A DNA stretch of 64,000 nt from Salpingoeca rosetta (lineage: Eukaryota > Protista > Choanoflagellata). The stretch covers positions 962,885 to 1,026,884 of the forward strand of contig JAWQFM010000013.1 of assembly GCA_033442325.1 (NCBI GenBank). The letters are read 5' to 3'. How positions within the stretch are numbered: position 1 is the stretch's first letter; every line of letters starts with the position of its first letter. This document shows, piece by piece, positions 34,800-47,899 of this stretch. A program made the translations under genes and the position numbers. Under the pieces are notes generated by a model. The model did not search any database. It saw only the letters and a program-made list of their open reading frames with translations, and was not told the origin of the DNA.

Positions 34800-35783
34800 C
34801 TCATGAAGGCCTCCACCACCTGCTGTTTGTGTGCGTGTGTGTGTTTGCTTTGCAGGTTGTGTTGCGTCATGGCCAGCTGTTTGACATTGTGGACGCCACA
34901 TCCCATCGCACCATGTGCTTCACAAAGGCGTATTCGCACTACGCAGAAGGAACAGGATCCGTTGTCCTGGTGCGTCCGGGACACACATGCGCGCGCACAC
35001 ACACACATGCGCGCACACTTCTTGCTTCGTGTTCGTCGTGGCATTGTGCTTATTGCCGGTGTCGGTGCAGTGTGACATGTACCCACTTCATCCCGCACCC
35101 ACATCTCATTGTGTAACGGCCCAATATGCCGCCTTGTATGTGCACGCGTGCAGGGAGCAAAAGACGCCACGCTGGAAGCCTGCGCGCGTGTATTTGCCGA
35201 GGTGGAGGCGAGTAAGGCCCAACCACCACAGCCACAACAATCATCACCACCACAGTCACACCAATCATCACCACCACAGCCACAACAATCACAGCCATCA
35301 TCATCATCAGCGTCAGCGTCAGCGTCGTCGAAGCCGAGTGACGTGGAGCGGCCGAGGAAACAGGCCAAGAAGCACGAGGGCGCACACGACGATGGTGATG
35401 ATGATGATGACAGCCATGGCGATGATGGCGATGACATGAATGAGGTACAGGAGGGCGAGGGCACGTCCACGGTGACAGCAGAAGCAACAGCGACGCAACC
35501 AACACTGGCGGCTACTGATACAGCAGCTGTTGCAGTGCACACAACAGCCACCACCAACACTGTCAGCACCACGTGTATCGATGCATCCGAGGCGCTGGGG
35601 GCGCTGCGCTTGCGGTGGTTCACGCCACGGGAGATGCTGACCATCCACGGGTTCGCAGACACATACACGGTGCCCGCGGATGTGACGGCGAAGCAGATGC
35701 GGCGGTGCATTGGCAACGGCCTCAACGTCGTCGTTGTTGCTGAGCTCATCAAATTCATGCTTGCAAGCAACCCCGCGGCGTGA
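32675..35783 (+). CDS. DNMT2: tRNA (cytosine-38-C5)-methyltransferase DNMT2/TRDMT1, multi-exon
   Basis: Motif I LRVLEFYSGIGGMH; AFDIN; motif IV MSPPCQPFTR; motif VI ILVENVKGFE; QFGIPNSRLRYF; Dnmt2-specific CFTKAYSHYAEGTGS; LRWFTPRE..HGF; motif X IGNGLNVVVV. Confidence 0.96.
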
Positions 35784-36317
35784 CACGCTGAATGTATGTG
35801 AGTGAGTGAGTGAGTGTGTGTGTATGTGTGAATGTGTGTGGTGTGTGTTCTTGTGTCGAATAGCTGGCAGTCGTAGGCTTGGCTCCCCTCGTGGTAGTGT
35901 ATCTGCTTGTCACGTATGTAATGGCGATCAACAAATGTACACAAGCAAGCAAGCAAGGAAGCAGTGGGCGCGAAAGCAGCTCTCACACAACAAAGCAGTC
36001 TCTCTGGCGAACAAAGCGGCGGGAAAGAGTATCACGAGGGTCATGCATGAAATGAAGACATGTAGAAGAGCGGTGGTGATGGTTGTAATGGGCAACTAAA
36101 ATGGAGGCAAGTTGGGCGTAAGGTCAGCAAGCCAGCAAATGCAGGCAGAGGAAAGCAACGAAACCAAGAATGCACACGGGTAAGCAGGCGGGGAACCGTT
36201 ACGAGTGTGCCACACGCACGTTGTTGTTGACAGCGTGCACTCACACACAAAGCAGCCTCACGCGTTCACACAGGCGTGTCGTGGTTGTGGCATTGCACAG
36301 GTGCCACACGTGTGTCG

Positions 36318-39300
36318 TCAGTAGTCGGTGCGAAGACTGCGGCGGAAACGCGAGCGCGTCACATCCGCAAGCCGCTCGGCCTCATCCCGCTCCTGGGACA
36401 GCTGCACCAGGCGGCGCGCACGACGGGCTGCATTGTTGTTGTTGTTGTGGTGTGTGTGTGCGTGTGTTTGTGTGTATGTGTGTGTGTGTGTGTGTGTGTG
36501 CGTGTGTTTGTGTATGTGTGTGTGTGTGTGTGTGCGTGCGACAGGGCGAGACATTGAGTGAGTGAGTGAGTGCGTGTACATGCATTGTATGTGTGTATGT
36601 GTGTACACGCATTGTATGTGTGTGAGGAATTGTTCTCATAATTAAGTCAACCGTGCGCCACGGATACACAGAGCTGAACATTCCTTCGCACAACGCTTCA
36701 ATGCATGCACACATCAACACAGCCACGTGCTCACTCACATGCGTCAAGGACGTCGTCCACAACGGCTGCTGGCCGCTCAATCACCGTGCGGGTGGAGGTG
36801 TAGTGGGGCGTGGTGTGCCCGTAGCTCGTCGTCGTGTACCGATATGTGCTTGTCTCGAGCGGCCGCGAAATGGTCGTTGTTGTCTCAACAGCATTTGGCA
36901 CGCGCGAGCTCACGTATGTGCGCGTCGCTCGCGGGCGGTACACAGACCTGAACATCGGATGTGCGTGAAGGTGTGCGTGTGCGGTGTGCATGTGTGTTGG
37001 TGTGTTAGTGTGCGTGTGAGTATGCATGTGTGTGTGCGATTGTATACAGTTGCATGCGTGTGTGTGCGATTGTATACAGTTGCATGCGTGTGTGTGCGAT
37101 TGTATACAGTTGCATGCGTGTGCAACGAAACAACATGAAACATCAAACGTGCACAGCAACTTTGTGCACAGAACGGTACACCCCTACTGCGCCCCCAGCA
37201 ATACACACGTCAGCAGATGCGTGCAATCATGCAAGGCTTACTCGTCTGTGGAGGTGGTGGTTGTGCGAGTGACCGATTTGCTAGAGGAGGAGCCTTCACG
37301 ACGACCAATGTATCTGTAGTGAACACAAGGCCATTACGTGCAAGCGACAGCGATCAGTACCTCAGCACGCGATACCACGTGCCACACGTGATGAGATCCA
37401 AACGAACCACGCAGTGCATAAGTGGCGACGATGTGTGAAATGCACGTGCACAATTGTGGATCGCAGACTTTTTTGATAATTGCAACTCAATAACACCTCG
37501 CGTGGCATGACATGTGCACCTGTGCAATTGCTTCAGATCATCCGCCAGCACGCGCTCGCGCTCCTTGCACGACTCCAACTGATTCTGTGACGAGTGCGCA
37601 TGTACATGTGCACGGGTGTGCGTGTGAGTGTGTGAGTGAGTTGTTCAATTGTGTGTGTGTGTGTGAGTTGCGTTTAGTTACGTGTTTGCGTGTGTGGTTT
37701 GTTCGTGCATGTGGATGTGTTGAGATAGATGTAAGGTTTCAAGACGGTATCATCAACATCAACGTGACAGACGAGCGTGGTGCAACACTTTGATGCAACA
37801 GTGCCCCCTGCCCCCCCCCACACACACACACATACACACACTCTCTCTCCGACCACCAACACCAGCCCCTCACACCACGTGATCGCACCTCGAGCGAGCG
37901 CTCCTTGGCGGCCGCTTCGTTGCGAACTTCCGCAAGCTCAACCTCCGCCTTTGTTTTCTCCGATTGCAGCTGTTGTGTGCATGTGATGACGCAATGTGCA
38001 TAGTGTGTGTATGTGTGTGTATGTGTGTGTGTGTGTGTGTTTGAGTGTTTTCGCGAGTCAGAGACAGAACGTGGTGTGAGTGACAGCAAAACCAATGCAC
38101 GCATTCACACCACAGCTTTGCATCAATTCACACACACACACAATCACACACACAAACACACACACAAACACATGGTTCACCCATGTGCACAATCGCATGC
38201 AAGACAGCACACCTCGGCAATGAGCTTGTCCTTGCTTGCAAGGCGGTCGTGGAGTTGGGTTTCATTCTTGCGGAACACCTGCAGCTGCGTCTCTGCAGAC
38301 GAGAGCTGTGCACGGGTGGTGTTGAGCTCCATCTGCAGCTGATGGCGCGTTTGGTCAAGGTCATCTTGCAAACGCGCAGCCCTGTCATGGTGGTAAACCA
38401 GTGTGATGATGCATGATCGAGCAGGTGACAAGTTGGCACATGTGTCAGGTGAGCTGTTGCTTGACTGACCTGAGACTTTGTGTGTGTGTGTGTGTGTGTG
38501 TGTCATACTGGTGGTCTTGCAAACAACTCACATTCACGCACATGCACACACTCAAATTCACACGCAACCACGTACACTCGTAACAACAGCCAGCATGAGC
38601 GCCCTCACCTCTCGCTTGTGCGTGCGAGTTCTTCGCGGAGGGTGCCACGGTCGCTCTCAAGACCGTGTGCCGTTGCTTCCCTGCATAGCACGTGCATTGC
38701 GCACGGAACATCGGCACAGGACGTTGAGACAGCGGCGCGGCGGTGGCAATGACATGAAAGCCTGCACGCTCACGTTCAACACAAACTCGCACACATACCA
38801 CTACACACACGCTCTCACACACACACTACGCTCGCGCGCATCCACAAGTGCCATCACAAGCGTGCACACTCTGCTCCCCACGCTGCCACGCACAAATCGT
38901 ATGTTGATGCCTCCTTTGCCCGCAATTCGGCGCGAAGGGCGTCCACTGTCGCCCGAAGACTGTCGTTTTCGGCGTTTGCCGCTGCCAGTCGCTCCTTGGC
39001 CACAGCAAGGTCAGCATGCGCAGTGCTATTTGTGTGTGTGTGTGTGTTTGTTTGTTTGTTTGGGGCGTGAGACAACCCGCATATTGTTGTGCATGGTGCA
39101 GCAGATGTTGGCATGAGAATACTCCATTCTGCTTGAGAGCTCTGTGATCACACATCACGGCTTATCACAGCAACACAACCACGAACAACAATACGTCGTC
39201 TGCTGTATATGCTGTCGAGTCGACTTGTGTCTTACCCCAGCTGCGTGTCGAGGGTGCGCTCTGCGTTTGATCCGCGGGACTTGGCCTCCTCTGCTTCCTG

Positions 39301-39831
39301 GCGCGCGCGTGACAGGCGCTCCTCAAGTCCAGCAATGACGGCCTGAGGGAGGGGGGGGGGAGATGACAAGCCGCAGGGAATATAGAGAGAGTGAGAGAGA
39401 GTGTGTGTGTGTTTGTAGCGTTAGAGCGGTGTCGAGGACTGTACATGAGTAAAGAAGCCGCGCATGAAGATGCAATTGGAGATGTTGTTCATCCAGACAC
39501 ACACACACACAAACACACACAGCATTTGCAAGCTTACTGACGTTCTTGTCGGCGATATCATCACGAAGCGTACCCGCTTGCGCTTGGAGCTCTACGAGGA
39601 GTTCGTGCTTGTGGGCGTTTTTGGCAATGAGATCTTGCTGGCTGTCCAGGGCCGCATTCAGCCGATCCCTGAAGCAACGTCGATGGCACGTCACAGGGTG
39701 TGAGATGAGCGAAATACCAGGCGCCGTTGTTTGGATGTTGAAAGGTCTTAAGGATAAGTTCTCCGAGTAGAACGACACTGTTGTTGTCTCCTTACCCACT
39801 TCCAAAACTGAACAAACACCCACACCCACAT

Positions 39832-39881
<50 letters not shown>

Positions 39882-39882
39882 G

Positions 39883-39926
<44 letters not shown>

Positions 39927-40688
39927 CGCGCACACACACACATACGCACATCCACACATCCACACACCTGCACGACTTGAGTTCATCCTGGAGCCTGTTC
40001 ATCTCGGATCGATAGAGAGAGGACTCCTCGCGGCTGGCGGCGGCCTGGCGGCGCGCTTCGTCCATTTGCCGCTCTGCCGCGTGCAGCTATGGGCCAGGTA
40101 TGACAGCAAGCAGAGTTTGACAGCATGTGCGTGACGTTGTGAGTGTGTACAATTGTGGGCATGTGTGCATGCACGTGTGCAAATTCGTGAACGTGTGTAT
40201 ATACATGTGTGCAGATGCATGTGTACAGTTTGCCGCATGTGGGTTGGCCGAATGGCAAACGAACGAGGCAGAACCGCTCGCTATTCCTCTGACCTGAGTG
40301 CGAGCAGCATCAAGCTCTCGCTGCATGGCCATCCGCGTCTCGTATGTTGTCTGGCGGCCGTCGCGCGAGCGGGACAGCTCCCCTAAAGGTGGATTGGATG
40401 TGTTGGCGACGCAAGCGCACATGCGCATGTCATGAAAGGGCATTCAGTGAGAAGAGCGAAAGGGCCCGTCAGCCACGAGTATGGGAGCACGCGCGCTGTG
40501 TACTTTGCGGATAGCCGAACCACGGCAAGCACAGCAGCTCTTGTTGTGCACGTGGTGGTGTGCATGTTGTGCATGTTGTGCGTGTTGTGCTGGTTTCGTG
40601 GACAAACACAAAGAAGCAAAGCAATATTCTCACCGAGGTTGATGGCCTCGGCACGACGCTGGCGGGCTGGTGACTTGGGCTGGTCCAT
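36318..40688 (-). CDS. Long coiled-coil protein of unknown function (multi-exon; model approximate)
   Basis: Successive heptad-rich exons flanked by splice sites: [168 protein letters not shown]. Start MDQPKSPA at 40688. Confidence 0.7.
37021..37125. repeat. 30-bp tandem repeat, about 3 copies (GCATGCGTGTGTGTGCGATTGTATACAGTT), intronic
   Basis: Directly visible head-to-tail copies. Confidence 0.85.
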
Positions 40689-40918
40689 CCTTCCCTGTCT
40701 GGTGCTGTGCTGTGTCTCCGTGCGTGTCTCGCAGGTGCAGGGTGCAGGGTGTAGGGTGCTGCTGGAGCAAGGCTGTGTCTGGTCTGTTGCTGCAGCTTGG
40801 TTTGGTGGTTTTGTGGCGATTCAAATTTCGCGGCGAGTCACCAAAACAGAATCGTGCACAGTCAGCAATTTTTTTATCCGAAGTGTGACGACAGGCAAAC
40901 GGGAGGCGACAGGTGAAC

Positions 40919-42203
40919 ATGTCGTGGAGTGTTGGGGTGCGGGAAGATGAGGCGGGTGGTCGCACCGACATCAGGGTGCGCGGTGGGGAGGCGCGCGATC
41001 ACATTGCAGCGTACCTGGAGTACCGACAGCTTGTTGGCGACGCAGATGGCGGCGTGCTCATGACACCAGCTGAATATGAGCGCTACAAAGCAAAGGTGCG
41101 CCTCTGTGTGTGTGTGTGTACGTGTGTGTGTGTGTATGTGTGTACGTCATGATGTTGTGTGTTTGTTTGTTTGTTTTCTTCGTGTGGTGAATGCGATGGT
41201 GCTGCATCACGCACCATCAACTCACAGCACTGATGCGGGTGCTTATTGCTGGTGCAGCTGAAGGCGGAAGGCAAGTACAGGGAACCGCAGAAGCGGTCAG
41301 CAGGAAGGAGGAAAATGACTGAAGCAGAAGAAATGGCCTTCTACGAGAAGCGATACCAAGAACGAGTACGTGCACGGTTTTGTCAAGCCATCGCCCTAGC
41401 AAGCGAGCGAGGTGTACTCTGAACTTGCGTGATTACGAAACAATACTCCTGACGGAGTGTGCAACATGCTGTCTTTGGCCTTCCCCTTACGCTGCTTGTC
41501 TTGTTGTTGTGACTGGCAGAGGAAGCGGGAGCGGGAGCTGGCCAGGCAAGGGAGAAGCGAGCGCGCAGGGGTTGCGGCCGTCATGGCCAATGGCATCCCG
41601 CTTGCACTGCAAGACATGTATCAACAGCTGGAGCTCATGGACCCAGCACCGCCGCTACCACTGCCACCCTCCCACTCGTCCCACGCCCGGGGCAAGCCAG
41701 CTGGAAGCGGCACCAGTCGGTCCGCACCCGGCGCTGACGACGGGCCTGTGATGCCTTGGGATTGCGCGTTAGTGGAGCGAGACACCGCGGCGGCGCCTGC
41801 CTCCACAGCTCGGAGACGCGCTGTGCGTGATGGTAAGAAAGATCAAGCCACCACTCGCACGCGGGCAAAGCCAGCAGCGCAACCACAGAACAGACAACAG
41901 AACCGACAGCAGCGACAGCAGCGACATGGCAGGGGCGAGGGGACGGAGAAGGAAGGAACTGCGCACTCGAGCCGAAAGCCAGCAGAGGACAACGGCAGTG
42001 GTCGTGGTGCGGGCGGTGGCAATGCCGTTGGCACTGCAGTACGGCGACCGCAACAGCACCAGGCACGACCACAACAACAACAAGTGCATAATGGTGCATC
42101 TTCATCATCATCTTCATCATCAGTAACGGCACGAAGAGCGACCACCCCGCGATCCCGCAAGACGGCCAACCTCACCCCCGCCTCTCGCTACACCAAGCGG
42201 TAG
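40919..42203 (+). CDS. FAM221A-like protein (terminal motifs only) with low-complexity C-terminus; exons 40919-41095, 41258-41365, 41520-42203
   Basis: YLEYRQLVGDADGGVLMTPAEYERYKAK and EEMAFYEKRYQER resemble, from recall, the N- and C-terminal motifs of animal FAM221A. Phase-0 introns join in frame. Confidence 0.65.
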
Positions 42204-42397
42204 TGCATGTGCATGCGTCAGCAAACTGTGCGTGTGTGTGTGGGGGGGGGGTGGAGGAGCTGAAGCAAGCAAGCAGGTGAGATAAGCAAACGCGTGCACC
42301 AGTAAACACAGGAGAGGTGATTGAGCAAAGCCGTTATGGCGTGGAAGGAAGGACTTGCTTGAACCAATTTTCCACACATCACATCACCCCATCCAAC

Positions 42398-42593
42398 ATG
42401 TCGCGGTTTGTGGTGGCGCTGCGGCCGTGTGGACAGCTGCGTGAGCGGCTCACAGAGCCCTTGGAGCTGAGTGCTGGAGTGCACATCCTGGGGCGAAGCC
42501 CACAAACCAAAGTGAAGCAGCAGTTGTGCAGCCGACGCCAGATTGAGCTGGATGTCGACACCGCCCGCGGCACCGTCACCCTCAAGCAGGTCA

Positions 42594-42626
<33 letters not shown>

Positions 42627-43106
42627 TGTATGTGTGTGTATGTGTGTGTATGTGTGTGTATGTGTGTGTATGTGTGTGTGTGTGCGGTTGTCTCCTGCTG
42701 GCTGGGCTACCTCTCCCCCTTCCCCCACCTCTCCATGATGAGGCTTAGCTCATGGTCTTGACTTTTGTCTTGAACTGCCACTTCCCCCTCACCTGCCATG
42801 CCGTTGTGCACACGATGAGCAGCTTGGCCCAAACGCATGCTCTGTGAATGGACAAACCATCAGCCGAGGTGACCACGCGACAGCTTGCCTGCTTCTCAGT
42901 CTGCTTATCATGTTATTGGCTAGCCCTTGATGGCTGACGATGAGCGCCCTGGCCTGTGGCACTGCACCTTGCGGGGCAACCACGTTGTTATCCGCAGGGA
43001 ACAGTGTGGCGGTTTCGCGAGGCGCCCGCATCTCCATGTTGGCAGACAGTCCAGACGAGACCACGTTCACCCTGGACATCCACGAGTACGCGCCCTGTGG
43101 CATGTG

Positions 43107-43171
<65 letters not shown>

Positions 43172-45431
43172 GTGTATGTTTATGTGTGTATGTGTGTATG
43201 TGTATATGTGCGTGTGTGTGTGTGTGTGCGGTTGTGGTTGGCCAGTGCCTGCTTGTGGCCTGACGTGGGTTGATCGTCTGTGCACGTATCCCCGCTCCTG
43301 TATTGTGCTTGCCAGGACAACGCCCGAATCAACGCCGCTAACCCAGTTTGACACGTCAGCGTCCAGCACCGCGTCTTCTGTACGACCTGACGCGACTAGT
43401 TTTGACACAAAGCCAAGCGCACATGCCCCAGCCATCACCATCAGTGCGTCGCTGTGTCGTGTGTGTGTGTGTGTGTGTGTGGATGTGTGTGTGTGTGTGC
43501 GTGTATGTTACTGTACTTGCTTGTGCTTTTGGGACGATACGTACCTTGCGCTGCTTAGATCTCACAAGCAACACTGGCGCCGCCACAATCACCATCACCA
43601 ACAATATCACTGCTGCAGACGATGCTGATTCATCGCGCTTGACGACACCAGGTGAGCATTGCCCGCCATGTCTTGTGTTGTGGTATGTGCCCATGTCACC
43701 TTCTCACTCTGACACAACTTGTGGTTCCTGATGGCGCGCAGGGAAGCGGCCATCCTCCCCGCCACACACAACCTCCCCAACGTAAGCGCATAGAGAACCA
43801 TGAATCTGCACTTGCACACGGAAACTCACGCACTCACTCACTAATTCACTCTCACTCACTGACTCACTGACTGACTCACTGACTGACTGACTGACTCACT
43901 CACTGACTGACTGACTGACTGACTGACTCACTCACTCACTCACTCACTCACTCACTCACACACACACACACACTCACTTATTCAATCGTCACACACACGC
44001 ACATTGCACCCCTGCTTGTAGCGTGTATAAGGCGGTGACGCCGTTACTGAAGAAGACACTGGACAGCCCAAGCAGCGCAGCGACAAGCAGCAGCGACGTG
44101 TCACCAGCGAGTGGTACGAACACTCGTGCACACATTGCATGCATGTGTCTGAGCACATCATTTCAACTCGTCCTTGCCTCGTACGTTTATTGTGAGATGA
44201 TGTGTCCTTTGCCTCAAGCCGTGTCGTTCTGAATCTCATGTACACACGCATCCGCATATCCATTGTCTCTCTGAATGTAGCAACAAGGTACAACTCAAAC
44301 GATGTGTGGCTGCATGCGCGCAAACGTGTGTGTGGCTGTGTGTGTATGTGTGTGTGTGTGTTACCCGTCTTTGTCTACGCCTGCGTTTGCATTGTCTCTT
44401 CCATATAACACTACCACATGCACACACACACATACACACACAAATACACACACAAATACACACACAAATACACACACAAATACACACACCAACAAACAAA
44501 CAGGGGAGCGAGGGCGCCAAAGAGGGCGCACCTGCTGGACATTCCTGCACTGCGACAGCACGCGGTCGACCGCAGCACACACGATGACGACGACGATGAT
44601 ACTGACGACAATGGGAGTGGTGGCGGTGATGGGAGTGGTGCAGGGAGGAGGCGAAAGGACAGCAAGCGTGATGATGCATCATCAGCTGTCGGGGCGAGGG
44701 TAAGAGGGCGATCCCCAGCACACCGCGCCGCCGCCATGGACACATCCAAGGACACAGCCCAAACACATCACCCCCACTCACCCGACTCGCCCGACACGCG
44801 GCGCTCCCGTTCGCGCTCGCCCCGATCACGGGCCGTGGCGGCGGGGGGAACGAGGGAAGGGCGTGGTAATGGTGGTGGTGGTGGTGGTGGTGGTGGTGGT
44901 GGTGGTGGTGGTGGTGGTGGTAATGGTGGTGGTGGTGGTAATGGTGGTGGTGGTGGTGGTAATGGTGGGCGGAAGGATGCGTTTGCGGTGCTGATGAGTG
45001 GACAGCAGAGGAGACGGGGCGGCGGGAGGGATGCTGGCGTGCACCTACCCAGCACCCACGCCAATGACGGATCAAAGGCAAGCAAATGGGCCAAATCAGG
45101 GTAAGATCTTGTGGGTGTGGGTGTGGGTGTGGGTGTGTGTGTGGGTGTGTGTCATACACGAACAGGCCCATTCTCTCACCTTTTCTTTCACCACATACCT
45201 TCACACGCACGCGCGTACACGCACACGCACCACCCCACCCTGCAGTGTGGACCACTGGGCAAATGCGCTGACGGAGTTGGTGCGTCACCCGGAGCGCCAT
45301 GCTGATGACATTGTCTACGAGACCGTCGACACGCTCGTCATCAACGACAAGTACCCAAAGGTGGGGCAGGGTGGTCGCTCGTGTGGCGGGGGGTTTGTGT
45401 GTATGTGTGTGTGTGTGTGTGTGTATGTATG

Positions 45432-45471
<40 letters not shown>

Positions 45472-46739
45472 GCAGACTGTGTTTTGCTGTTATGTTGCGC
45501 TTTTCTCGCTCACGCCCCCCCCCCCACACACACACAGGCGCGGTACCACTTTCTTGTGCTGCCCAAACGCGTGATCACGGATCTGACGTGCCTCACCCGA
45601 CATGACCGCCACCTCATCCAGGTTTCCACCATACACACATGCGCCCACTCGTGCACACACGTGCGTGCATGTGTGCAGGCTTTCTTCTTCCTCCTCTTAT
45701 TTCTCCTGCTTGTTCTTGTTCCTGTTGTTCTTGTTCTTCTTCCTCCATCGTCTAATGCTGATGCACTGTTGGCGCTGGCCTGTCGCAACCTGTTGTGCTC
45801 GTGACCTTTGTTGTTCGTCTTGTTGTGCGCATCCCACTGCGCAGAGACTGCAGGAGACAGCCATGACCTTTGGCAAGATGATTCAGGAGGACAAGCCAGG
45901 CGTCAAGTTTCATACGGGGTTTCACGCCGTTCCCAGCATGAAGTGCGATTGCGCACCCGCTGCATCACGTCGCGTTTTGTTCGTGTTCGTGCTGTGTCCG
46001 TGTTTCACTTGGCTGGCTTGAGCATCTCTTCCCGTGCTGCATGTGTCAGCATGTGTCAGCATGTGTTGTCGATCACATTTGGCTCACATTCGTTGTGCCA
46101 GGCCTCACCAGCAGTCGTCGTCATCATTGCATGGTCTCGTGCGTGTTTGCAGTCAAGTGCACCTTCACTTGATTTCGCAGGATTTCGACTCTGTGTCCCT
46201 CAAGAACAAGAAGCACTGGAACTCGTTCAACACGCCGTATTTCGTTCCTGCTCGCAGTGAGTTGCCCGCTTTATATGTGCTTTATATGTGCTTTTGCGAG
46301 TCGCATGTCTGTCCAGGTGTGTTTTTGGTTGTGTGATTGTGTGATTGTCGGCGCACACACACACACCCACACCCACCCACACCCCCCCCCCCCCACACAC
46401 ACACACATGGGTCGCTGAGGTTTGTGTGGTTGTGGGTATATACACACACACATGCTTACAGTCCAGACCCACATCTCCTTTGTCACTCACCCTTGTTCTG
46501 TGCTTTCCTTTTGATGTGCGCCCTTTGCTGAACACTATCATGCATGGTCCGGCAGAGGTGTATGAGATGCTGAAGAATGAGGGCCGAATCCACTTTGATG
46601 AAGCAAAGTCAGTGGTATGGCCCAGGCGGTAGACACAGCCAGCACTGGCTTGTTCCGCCTGTCTCTGTTTTGGTGTTTTGGTGTCTCTCGCACCGGTTGC
46701 TACATGGTGACGTGCTGTGACCTGCTGTCTGAACCGCGA

Positions 46740-46792
<53 letters not shown>

Positions 46793-46944
46793 CCACACAC
46801 ACACACACACACAACCACACACCGCACAACTTCAGGTACAAGGAGTATTTGAAGAAGCCGCTGGTGTGCCACCGGTGTCGCCAGGAGATGCGCAACATGC
46901 CCACCCTCAAGCGGCACCTTAAGGAGCACCTCACCAACCCCTAG
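42398..46944 (+). CDS. APTX: Aprataxin (FHA + HIT + C2H2 zinc finger; DNA 5'-deadenylase), multi-exon
   Basis: FHA: [33 protein letters not shown]: [57 protein letters not shown]. Zinc finger: [18 protein letters not shown] 46942-46944. Confidence 0.96.
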
Positions 46945-47204
46945 CATTGCCGCATCGCTCTGCTGAGACTCGCCACTGTCCGCCTTTGGCCCCTCCCCCT
47001 CCTTTGTTTCCAATCTTTGTGTGCCTTCGCACGCACACACCCTTACTTCACCACCATCGCCATTCCCGTGCTTGCTGCGTCGTTCGTTTTGTGCCTTCTT
47101 CCACCCTTGCACCGCTTGCGCACTGATGTGATGTGATGGTGCAGCATAGAGCAACAGGAGTAGAGACAGCAACAGGAGTAGAGAGGACAACAGGAGCAGC
47201 CGAG

Positions 47205-47280
47205 CAATGGAACAACTGAGCAATGGAACAACTGAGCAATGGAACAACTGAGCAATGGAACAACTGAGCAATGGAGCAAC
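47205..47280. repeat. 16-bp tandem repeat (GAGCAATGGAACAACT), about 4.5 copies
   Basis: Directly visible, with no spacers, downstream of the APTX stop. Confidence 0.85.
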
Positions 47281-47760
47281 GCAGAGACTGAAAAGCAAGC
47301 AAGAGCGCACAACCACGCACACGCAACCACACAAAGCACGAGCATGACCATTTTGTGCAATAATTTTTGTCCGGCAAGCAATCACCCACAACCGCACACA
47401 CTCAGCTTTCTCACCGCACGCGCACACTTCCCTGATATCTGTGTGAACGGTGTGTGTTCCGTTGCTGTTGTTGGTGCTGCTGCGGGCGACCTTTGTCATG
47501 TCATGCGCCTTTGCTTGCTTCAACAGCCATGACACACATCTCCCGGCCGCCGTGTGTCGTGTGTGACGTGGTGTGAAAGCCATGTTGCTTTTCGTGTGTC
47601 GTTCTTTGGTGAGTGAGGCCATTTTCCATGCGTTGACACACCCTGGAACGCCACACGACCTGACCTGACCTGGCCTTTCAAAAAGGTGACACACGTCAGC
47701 ACCACACGACAGCCCAACAGCGACAACCAAACCGGCTAAAAGCCAAGCTATACGGTTACG

Positions 47761-47842
<82 letters not shown>

Positions 47843-47899
47843 CACATACACGCACACGGACGTACGTATCACACATCGCACATCGCACACGGACGCGTG

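Noticed and set aside
32675-35783. DNA cytosine methyltransferase of a restriction-modification or horizontally acquired system
   Set aside because: The CFTxxYxxYxxGTGS motif identifies eukaryotic Dnmt2; the gene has host-type introns and no nuclease partner.
32675-46944. DNMT2 and aprataxin as a functional nucleic-acid-repair cluster
   Set aside because: They are separated by unrelated genes, and eukaryotic neighbourhood alone gives no support without conserved synteny.
47150-47280. Short direct repeats as a possible CRISPR array
   Set aside because: Head-to-tail minisatellite with no unique spacers and no cas genes, in a eukaryotic context; the same applies to 37021-37125 and ~4000-4065.
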